DNA of 63,567 nucleotides, counting the filler, from Klebsormidium nitens (lineage: Eukaryota > Plantae > Klebsormidiophyceae), in assembly GCA_000708835.1 (NCBI GenBank). It is 7 parts of 7 records of this genome, joined end to end, with 100 filler letters (N's around TTAATTAATTAA, not from the genome) between each part and the next. Parts side by side here need not be neighbours in the genome. Positions count along the whole stretch, not along the records: positions 36,831 to 39,887 come from DF238613.1; positions 39,988 to 51,991 come from DF238107.1; 5 more parts are not named here. The stretch is one strand, 5' to 3'. Of the stretch, positions 39,066 to 49,400 are shown piece by piece; within the stretch, counting starts at the first letter, position 1, and each line of letters begins with the position of its first letter. The notes beneath the pieces are model-generated. The model saw only the letters and a list, made by a program, of their open reading frames with translations, was not told the DNA's origin and ran no database searches. Both the position numbers and the translations under genes were made by a program.

Positions 39066-39145
39066 ACCGGGCGGAGTTCTTTTGGTTTTAGTGTTGTAGG
39101 CCACTTATAAGTCCGGACCCGATTCCACCCGTACTAGAAATTGTA

Positions 39146-39599
39146 CCGAGGCATGTCCTGGGCTTGGATTTCCGCGGTGGAAGCAGTTTCTGCGTGTTTC
39201 CGCAAAGCTTCCGCGGCTCTTCCGCGCTGCTTCCGTAGTGGGTCCGCGCATCCGCAGACTTTCCGATGTGCTTCCGCTGTCTTTTCCGCGTATGTGGCCC
39301 TTATGTTTCTAGCGTATCATGTGAGTTTTTGTATGCTTCATACTTCCGCGCACTATAGATCCGCATAAAGTTCTGCACCCTTCCGCACGCATCCGAGTGC
39401 TTCCGCAAGCATCCGCACATTCCGCGTCCATCCGCCTTTCCCATTTGCATGCCTTCGCATGGTTTTCACAAGCTTTCGCAATCTTCCGCATCTTTCCGCA
39501 AATTACCGCGGTCTTCCGCCATAGCTTCCGCGCTTTCCGCGAACATTTCCGCAACGCTTCCGCGGTGGAAATCCGAGCCCAGGACATGCCTTGCAACGG
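39146..39599. mobile_element. TIR element filled with about 25 (T/A)TCCGC repeats
   Basis: AGGCATGTCCTGGGCT(T/C)GGATTTCC inverted at 39149 and 39591; outer TA-CCG...CGG-TA ends; dense same-strand TTCCGC array inside. Confidence 0.8.
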
Positions 39600-40517
39600 T
39601 ACTTCTTACAAGCTTCCATTTGGGTTTAGCTTCTCAATCTAGGCAGCCCTCCCCGGCTACCTTCTTCTTCTTGTCGTACGTAGACACCCAATCAATAACC
39701 CTCATCGGAGTTAGAAGCAGATTGATCCGATTACGATGAAAACTTAAAATAGCAACAGCCCAGGTGCAAGACATCTTCCCTTCCTTACTGTACGCTGCGC
39801 TGACCGCAACGTGAGTGACGGTCCGTGCCCCCCTTTCTGCTCGGTAATTTGCTCATTCAAGACGCTTGATTGCAGAACTGTGACGAANNNNNNNNNNNNN
39901 NNNNNNNNNNNNNNNNNNNNNNNNNNNNNNNTTAATTAATTAANNNNNNNNNNNNNNNNNNNNNNNNNNNNNNNNNNNNNNNNNNNNGGTGGAGGAAGTG
40001 GAGGCAATCTGCCCCTGGTGGTGCGCCGATCCGGTGAGTGGTCAGCAGATGGAATTTGGGGACAGGAGTTTGTGTTTGAAGGTGCACAGCGCGCAGATTC
40101 CAATATTGATGACTTTGCAATAACTATCTGAACTCACGTGCCAAGGGCCGTAGTTGCAAGGAACTTCGGGACTGTCTGACATTCTGATAGATGCAACGTG
40201 ACTTAAGATCTTCGAGGTAGCCAGTACATACAGACAGTATATCTTGTATGTTTTTCACTGCAGTCCCTGTGCTTTTGCTTTGATCCACCCTAGTGGCGTT
40301 CAAGATATGGCTTCCAACAAATTGTAAGGGCTTGATGTGTCTTTGAACGCGCCGTAATTCCGATAGAAGGTTTGAATATGAGTTGACCGGATATTGCGCG
40401 CAGAGTATTGTGAGTTCGCGAGTGAATTTTAAGAACTCTTACAGCTTTTTGAAGAACAGGATAGGGAACTTTTGGTTTTTGACGACATAGTGACGATTAT
40501 GCATCAATGTCTTGTAG

Positions 40518-42147
40518 AGGACGGCGAGGTCACCGTGAACGATGTGGACAAGCAGTTCTTCCGACCCAAGAAGGGAGACGACATCGTAAGTGAATTTCTA
40601 TGAATAAGGAGTCCATGGCAGTTTCTCACTGCAAGCACAGTCTTCGGAGCTCAGATTCAATTGAACTTGTTGATTCGGTGCTCTTTGAACTGCCTCAAAT
40701 GCTTTAGGATGCTCCTCCAAACTGAACATGCCTTGTTGCATCTTTCAGAGTGTGGAAAGGGCCATGGCTGTGGCCTGTATGATGGGGGAGTGCGCCGGCG
40801 CCGGCATGTACCCGACAAAGGAGGAGCTGGTGTACTGGCGAGCTGTTTATGAGGGCATGGAGCGCAATGATGCTGAGTCAGGTGAAAAGCACGACCCCAT
40901 GGTTGTGTTCAAGACCAAGACCAACTACAACTACTGCGCCACCGAGCACCTGAAGGCCTGCTCCTCCAAGAGGGGGGAGTTGTCTGGATCAAAGGGGATC
41001 CGGGGCGTGTTTGAGTCTAACACAAGCTTCAACCTATCAAGGGCAAAGACCGTGGAAGATGTGGCGGAGATGACGCCCTGGCCGAGACCCTGAAGGGTGA
41101 GGCAAAGTCTGTCTATCTGTTTGTGTTTACCGTTGATAAAAATACTTTGCGCGCATTGATCCAGTACACTTGCGAAGGATTGATCAATCTTGATATGTGA
41201 AGGTTTGCACAGCTTTTAACTGTCATCTTTGAGCACGCAGGTCTTTTGCTGTGTTGACTTGCTTCTTGCGGTGTTGCAACTTGCATTGAAGCTGCTCGCG
41301 GTAGCTGCAACATACATACGAGCGGCTTTTAATGTACCCCATTTTTTTTCATGAAATGTTGCAGACGGCAAATGGCACACCGACGCCGACGGGGTGCCCT
41401 TCTCCTCCATCCTGTTCGTGCAAATCTGCCGTCAGGTCTGGAAGAAAGACGACTGCTCGCTCACAGCCGAGCAGCTCGTGTGGACTTGCCTCGTGGTAAG
41501 GAGTCTTCTTGATGTCCGAGTATTCTTTTTGGGGAACTTGGAGCTCCAGAGTACTTGGAATTGTTGAAATTTGGAGTTTGTCGACTTTGATGGCACCTTC
41601 CTGCATCCCGAATTGTGTCGTGTCTTCTCCAAGCGTACGAGTCTGACAGATGTCCTTCTTATCAGCACATTGTTAGGGTCCAGGCTGTAATGATTCAATT
41701 GGGTCCTCTTAAACAAAACGTTTGAGGCCGCTCTCTTCCGTGATCTGCCATTTAATTCTAAAATTCCGTTACCATGTGCAGGTCAAATTGTTCCTCGTGA
41801 ACAAGTCATTCGACCACAACGACCAGGTCAACGCAGACGACATGGATGACTTGGCGGAAGTGGTGCTTGACGAGTTCTCAAAGGCGAAGAGCGCCAAGAA
41901 GCCCATGAAGGTGAAGGTGCTCCCTCTGGACAAGACGGTGGACCTTGCGCTCCTGACGGCGGCGTACCTGACGGAAGGCATGGCCTGCATTGGCAGTAAG
42001 GGCCGCCTGCGCCAGGAGAGGAAGAAGAGGCCCAGTGCTAGGGAGAAGCGCAACCGTGCTCCTTACGAGGCCGTGAACCGGATGGTTTCCGAGGAGCCTG
42101 AAGAAGCGGCGGAGGCGGAAGCCCCAACACAGGAAGTGCCGCCTTAG
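40518..42147 (+). CDS. Hypothetical multi-exon protein; 5' exons unresolved; frame discrepancy in exon 2
   Basis: Exon-like blocks 40518-40585, 40749-~41096, 41365-41495 and 41782-42147 with canonical splice sites and protein-like codons. TGA at 41091 just before the 41097 donor suggests a frameshift or an unrecognised intron. Confidence 0.5.
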
Positions 42148-42352
42148 TTGGTATTGCTGGTGCGTTAGTATTCGCCAGTTTTTGTACTCAAACACTTGTA
42201 TTGTAAACCGTGGTCGTGTATCTCCAACTTTGCGCCCAAGTGTGAACCTCAGTCAATTCCATTATATTGTAGTTAGATGTCGAGACTGCGTAGGGCGCGT
42301 ACGATCCGACGAAGCAAAGTTTCGGTCGGAAATCTGACCGTACGCGCCTCGT

Positions 42353-42896
42353 ACGGCACCGCAATCATTGTCCGGCATGACGCGGCATAAAATGACGGCA
42401 TGTGTGCGGCATGAATGTACGGCCTATGATTGAATGTCCGGCACTACCGTGCGGCGTACAAGCGGGACCTTTGCGGCGCACCACCGGCCAATACATCGCC
42501 GCATAGGTGCCGCATCTCCCCCGCTGCGGCACCGCAGGCATGCGCCGAGCCCCAACCGGCCGAAAGTCATGCCGCGCCGGCCATTCTGGTGCCGCCTAAG
42601 TGCCGGCTTGTGCCGGTGACATGCCGCAGGTCAGGCCGACCCGGCGCACCGCGGCACCGCTGGGTGCACCGTTACGGCACTCCCCGGCGCCGCTCGCGTG
42701 CCCGCGGCGGCAGCTCTCCGGTGCCGCCCTTCCACCGTCTGCATGCCGGCGGTGGTGCCGCTCCAAGGTAAGAGGCCCCGGATTGCTGCCGCCCGGCGCG
42801 CTCGGCGGCGCCGCATCACACGGCCGGTCTATCTCCGCTCCATGCCCGGCAGTTCCGGGGCGAGCACGGTTGCCGGACGGTATAGGGGTGCCGTCT
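42353..42896. repeat. GC-rich element with CGGCA repeats switching to TGCCG (inverted subterminal arrays)
   Basis: Left part is enriched in CGGCA and right part in TGCCG; ACGGCACC at 42353 is inverted as GGTGCCGT at 42889. Confidence 0.5.
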
Positions 42897-43225
42897 TGGT
42901 GCCGCGGGTGCTGACGGCAACCCTGCGGCATAGAGCCGGCGACGTAGGAAATTTCCGATGAAATGCGGCAAGGGACGCCACGAGCGCTGCAAGCGGCGCC
43001 TTCGACGCAAGGAGCGGGGCGTGTGCAACCGGCGGCGCCGCGTGCGCCTATTCCCAACCTTCGTGGAAACATCCTCCTTCCCGGATAGCTCAACTTAAGG
43101 GAGGTCATGCAACTCAATACATGGTGCTACTGGTCAGCTCACTTAACCACTAATCATCCCACCGCCTCCAATGGTGCACAACCTTTCAGCTGCAACACGA
43201 AAGAGAGTATGTATCACACTCTGCC

Positions 43226-43480
43226 ATCAACCCACCACTAGCAGTGTGCTGTACAAGAATTCAACATATGGGTCAACCTGCCGCCATCTTTCAACGTCGG
43301 AGCATCGCACCAGGCGATCGTTCCCCTACATGGACCATTCACTTACAATCTCTCTACTCAAGCTTTTTGCTCGTCGATCTCTACTTGCTTACGCACGGCG
43401 CATTGTTACAAGTTCATTTGAACTCGTGAACAGACTCTTCCTAGCTTCAGAACTGCATCAGAAAGCTTGATGACACCCTT
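43226..43480 (-). pseudogene. Decayed coding fragment
   Basis: Frame reads KLSDAVLKLGRVCSRVQMNL*QCAVRKQVEIDEQKA*VERL*VNGPCRG, with TAA/TGA stops in an otherwise helical sequence. Confidence 0.3.
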
Positions 43481-46400
43481 ATAACAGCTGTTAAAGTTTG
43501 ATACGAGAAAAGATAAGTGTCGCGGCATACCAATAAGAAAACATTTCAAAACATCGATGATACACAAAGAAAGGTCGTTTTACCTCGATGCTTGAATCAG
43601 CAGAGGAACATGCTACCACACCCAGAGGCGCCGCAGCGCTTTGCGCTATCGTCAAATGAGCTCTCTTCCCGACCCAGATAGACCCCCGTCCAAGAAACCC
43701 GCCCCACCAAAATATTCCTATTAATGACCCCCCCATGGCGCAAGCGTAAGAACAGAGCCGTCAGTACTGCATGCTTGGATACCAAAAGCGGAGTATCCGA
43801 CACACAGATGACCTGCACGCCAGCACTATCAAGAAGCCCAGCTGAAACTATTCCTCAAGGGCTCAAGCGAGCCTTTGATAGCACTCTTCGTGTTCGTCTG
43901 TTTCTCTCTTGGGCTGACTTGCTGTGGGCTTGCTTGCAGCTTCCCTCTCAATATTACCCCTGATTCACCAATCAATCACCAACGCATTAAAAATCTCTGA
44001 AGCCAACGAGCCCAGTATGTGCAACCGTAGCAAATCTACTTACCAGTTAGTAATCCTACCTTGTATCTGCTTGTAGCACATTTCGAGCCTGCCAAATGTG
44101 ACTGCCCAGCCTCTCCGAGGGTACCCTCGATTTTCAAATCGAAGCCGAAGGATGACAGCAAAACCCCTGCAAACAAATCACCGCCCAGCATTTCAAGCTT
44201 GGCAGGCAGTTAGGTGGTCTTCGACATTTTTGACCCGCCACTGGTAATAGCTGAGCTCAGCCTGTACGTAGCTAAGCTCCCGGCGGGCTCCCGACCTTGG
44301 CCCACTGAAACAGAGACCCGATCAGCCAGTGTGATCGGCCGAGCCCAAAGCCTGCTACCAGTGGCCTTGCAACCGGGGGCGTTCTCGCAAGGAGACTTCG
44401 CACAATTTTTGCATGATGTTTGGAGACTTTCGCAAAATGCTGCGCGCAATCATGACCAGCGACCCTTGGGGCAGTTTTAATGTTCCGAAATCCGCATGCG
44501 CCTGGCATGCCAATAGCCAACTCTCAAGGTCACGGTACGCACCGTTTACCATGGTGCACATCCACGTGACTGGTACGAAAGACCATCATAGCCCGAGCGG
44601 CCGCGGCAAACTTGCACTCAGGGCACATTCGTAAGATGAATATGGTGGCTTGGCCGGCCAGCCGATCGATGGATCATGGTTTAAATGACATCCAAAAAAG
44701 GTTTGCAACAAACAAAAGAAAACTCCGAAGCATCGAACCCAAAAACTCGTTGAAAAGGAGTACTCGAGCAATTCAGACCTGGAAACGCGCGAAATGACCG
44801 TTCGACATATAAAACCTGCTTAATTGAGTGGCCCAGTCTGCAGCGCCAGCTTCTTTACATTCCAAACTCTATGATGGATTGCTATAGCTGTTTTTGATAA
44901 ATTAACGAACCGAGCTAAAAGTTGGGGCGCAGCACCGGCGGGAGCACGGCGCAGGGCCAAGTTAATTTGAGTGCGATTTGTGCCCGGTCTTTGTGCAAAA
45001 CCTGCTGCAACTTTCCCCTGCGGCAGCACATGTCACGTACACGGATCCTCGACTGCGGAGTTTCGCGGAGTACAGCGGGCTAACACCGAGCTGGTATCAT
45101 GTCGGTACCACACCGCGACCGTGGTGCGTACATGGTGGCACCACGAACGGTACGCGCAATCGGAGAATTTGACCCCGTCGACACTGTACAAATCAAATTT
45201 GGACAACACGGTACCTGCAGAGGAACACCGCAGAGGTACTCGGATGTTGCCCGGTTTCAGCATGGATGTCCGCAAAAAACGGTGCTTCTTCGGAGAAATT
45301 ATGGCTCTTTGAAAGTACCGGTAGTTCCCCGGGACCCGAATATCCGGCCGCGCTCCCAGTGCTTGCAGGCTCTCCTTTGCTCTCCTACAGTCCTACTGGG
45401 CTGCGCTTAGAACCTAGATTGCCCGGTGAAGGCTGAAGCCACGGGTTTGAGCCAGCCACTTTGGCACCGAGTACCATGGTCCGTACTATGAGTCGGAGTC
45501 GGAGTCTATGACATCTATTGCATGCGGTACCAACCTACCGTGGTTCCTATCTAAATTTTGCGGGTACGGTACCAGGCAAAGTACCTACTACCATACCTAC
45601 TTAGAACGAAACCACACTTGTACCGGTACACTCAGACTGCCAAATGTATACCTAGATACCTGTCAGCCAATTTGAAAATTGGATGAACGGCCCTTCGAAT
45701 TTCTTTTCGGGCCCGGCAACCGTCGATTACAGCCGCGATGTGCCAATTGACGCCTAATGTGGATGCTCCCAAACAAGAAATGCATTGGCGAAGGTACCTA
45801 TACGGTACTCTTAAATGGATGTACCTACTGTACTCTACCGGGTAATGGTACAAAACTTAGCTGTCTTAGCTCAGCTGGATGACCGGAGCTGGATTGCAGG
45901 GTTGAATCTTGAATGTAAACATGCGAGCATAGGCTTGGCCTGCTTGGCGGCCACAACCTCAGCTCCATGCAGCTCCTAGCATAAAAAGGGGGACACACAG
46001 ATTCTTCTTGAGGGGCGCCGAATTCCGACTTGCTCATAAGGCACACCAAATGATTTTCTCATGCGGAATGAGAAGCTATGATGCATTCGGGAATATCACA
46101 AAAGGTTGTTTCCAACTTTGTGAAGAGCGGCATGTCTGAACGAGAGTTGGGTTCCGCAGCCATTGTTGTGAGCCTTGAAGACGATTTTCCGGCCAGTGAA
46201 AACCATGTTTGCGTGCGAGCTCTTAGCTCCATGCTCGGAGCCCTAATTTTCTGTACGCAGCCAGTTCGTTGTCACTACAGTGCCAGTGTACTAGCAGCCA
46301 GGTACCAACTCGGAGTCATCATAGTACAACTCCGAAAATTCACGGTCCCGGACCGAAATTAATGAACCGAAACCGCGGTGGCACCGGGCTGGCAGTCCGC

Positions 46401-49400
46401 CGACTCCGCGCAAATTAAGGCTCGGAAATCCCCGTACGTGTGACACGTGAGAAAAGCACCATAATTGCCCCGTGGGCTCGATTGCTGTTGGATTCCACTG
46501 ATCAGGCTAAGTTCGGGTGCTCAGCAGTTAACCTTCGATCCTATGACCAGCTTTTTGAGTGTCGTGCCATACGACCGGGATAAAGGCTCTGCGGTCTAGT
46601 GACTCGTTGCCCGAGTTTGGCAGTTTGGATTCATGCAAGCGCGACAGTCGGGAACCAGGCGCTTCCTGGTTCCCGACTCTTGCGGCGGCACCAACCATGC
46701 AGAATATCAACGTCACACCAACACAATCCTTTGGTCAGCCCCAAAAGTGGTCGTTCCAAGTGGTTCGTGATTCTGAAAGGGGAATTTGATGGCGTCAGTG
46801 GAGTGATGATGACGCTTTTGGCATAGTTCAACCAATCATTTTGGCATACTACGCATACTCCGCATACTCCGCAGTTGCCCCAAGCACCCAGAGCATTTCG
46901 GGTACCTCGGACGACACTTTTCCGAGGCCTCGATCAGCACGTAACTCGCGCCAGCAGCGTATGCTCGCGTCATCCTCGTCGGGCCCTGGGGAACTCCCTC
47001 ATTTTGCCAGGCTGGGACGTAACCGCGCAAATACTGTTTCGACTGGCAATCGAACAATGCTTGCGGCACCACTGACCTCTGCGCCTGGGCACATGACCAG
47101 CTCTGCCGTCGACGTGGTGACGCCACCCGCTCCGCCGACGTCGGGAACGCATGCGACCAGCGACCTTCAAAAAAGGAATCCGGCATTCGTGGTGAGTTCC
47201 CTGCCACCAGCCCCGCAGCATGGATTAACTCGCTGTTACCCTTTCGACCGTTAAAAGTTGACAGGTGGTCGAGGTGGTTAGATTCAGATTCAAATAGTTT
47301 CTACTCTACCTTGTCAGACACGGACTGTGTTTATAGACAACGAGGCGACGCGAATTGAGCCATATAGATGTCGTATTACAGTTCGATTGGACGCAATACC
47401 GGGCGCAAGTGTTAGTGAGCGTTTACAACATACTTGGACAATGCCCGGATTTTTCGGCCGCCAGTTCACGTTCGTCGAGATTTATTGTAGCGCTCCGCTC
47501 AGTTCCAAAACGTTGAATCTTGTACGCGTCATTCAAGATCTCAGCTGCCCAATTGGCCGTTCGCTAAATGATCATATAACGCAGGTTCGATTTAAATTTC
47601 AAAGATTGAATGACGCCATCGAATTGATGTCGCGTGGGTGTTTACAGCAAAGTTAGATATCGACAGGGCATAGTATCGTCACGGTTCCAATTAACCCTCT
47701 CGAATAAGATAAAGTCGCATTGCTTCACCTAGAAAATTTCACAAGCTACTTAGGGTGGGTACCGGTCGAGTCAATTTCGACTCGAATCGCGTCGATTTTG
47801 TCATACCGTGTAACGAATATCCTCAGTGTTATCGGCGTTTCGCGTCACGCCGACTCAGGCTTATGTTACTTATACGGTACAAGTACTGAGAAATTTACGC
47901 TCGGCCGTAAGTCAGTGTGATAAAGTCGTAAGATGGTGTTATGAATTACATTTGAAAAGAAGCATCAAAATACACCTCAAAGAAGAGGCTTATGCAATGC
48001 AGAAACCTCTGACAAACAAAAAAGAAGGTTGGGAGAGCGTCATTAGGTGTCCTTTGAAGCTTTAAGTTTTTGTTTTGTTGAGGACAAATCTCCAATAGCA
48101 GCATACGCGGCGCAAAGTTTGCCGCCATGGTTCTTGAAAAGCGCCTTCTCCTACACTTGTGTTTCGAGTCTCTGCACTCTTCTTTCAGCCTAGGTACCGC
48201 GGTACTCCTACTTGGTATAAGTCGGAAGTTCCGATCGCGACCATAAAATTCAAATTCTACCGACGCGCAGTCTCGAGTCTAGCGCGGCGGTACCATACCG
48301 CCGGAGAGTACGGAGATAGTCATTGATCGACTTGTCAGAAAAATTTCCGACTCATGAACTCGGACCGGATTCTACAATTTCACCGAGTACGGTCGTCAGT
48401 TTGGTGTATAAAATTCGTCGCGACGCATAACACCGGTGAAACAAATTGAGACCGGGTCGACACGAGATCGAAACCGCCGAGACCCACCGTAGGTTGCTTG
48501 TGTTAAACGAAAATTTCGACGGTTTCTCGCATTTGGGGCGAACCAGTGCGTGCGAGTTTTTCAACTGTCTTGGTTTAGCTTCAAACGAATGATGTCCGCT
48601 TGGAATAGCGTTAAATTTGTTGTATATGTACGGACGATTTCTTGATCGTAGCGGCGACTGAGGGCGAGGCGTGGCGCGTTTATCTCGTGCTTTGCGCCCC
48701 TCTTCGTTCGCTACGATTTACGGTGAATGTGAAACCGTATATATATATGATTCTTTCTTTGCCGCTTACATTTGCACATTTCTAGGGACTTCCTACTTGC
48801 AACATATATTCCCCAAGAAGGCCGTCAAGCGCCGAGACTTCGGAAAAGCATCGCGGGCAAGCTGAATTGGATTGCCCACGTCGTATAAGGGGGTCACGCT
48901 TTCCCTCGGCGGGTTGTTGACGCCATCGACCGGCGGTGTCAAGCATTCATGACATTTCATTCCCATCTCAGGTGGCCATTCTCAGAATCTGGAACATACA
49001 AATCTCTGCCGACTTTTAACGGGCCGGCAAATTGCGCTCGTCTCGTCGTGCCCACTGTCGCCTGATCAGTTTTCAAGAAATGCATCTTTATATGGCTACG
49101 GAGCGTTCTTGCAAGGGGGTTACATTCTCTCGCCTTTCAGGCAGCCGCGTGCTTTTGCCTCGACGCCCCTCCGCAAAGCGCCCCAGACATATAAACAAAG
49201 ATTTTCGCCTTGCTTATTAGGTGCCGCACATGGCCTGCGTCACTAAGCAGTTTGTTTTTTTGGTTGTCGTACTGACAATTAAGTGGTTGTTTCGACCGTC
49301 AACTAGGGCACGGCCAAGGGCGAGTTTGGACCATCGATAATGCAGTACCTACGCAAGCTATTCTGGCTTTCGGCATCACTCGATTTCCGATACATTTCCA

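Noticed and set aside
42430-43117. Overlapping Arg/Pro/Ala-rich ORFs on both strands
   Set aside because: By-product of the CGGCA/TGCCG repeat composition.
48645-48720. Imperfect inverted repeat CGTAGCG...CGCTACG
   Set aside because: Many mismatches and no TSD; cannot be supported as a MITE or ncRNA.
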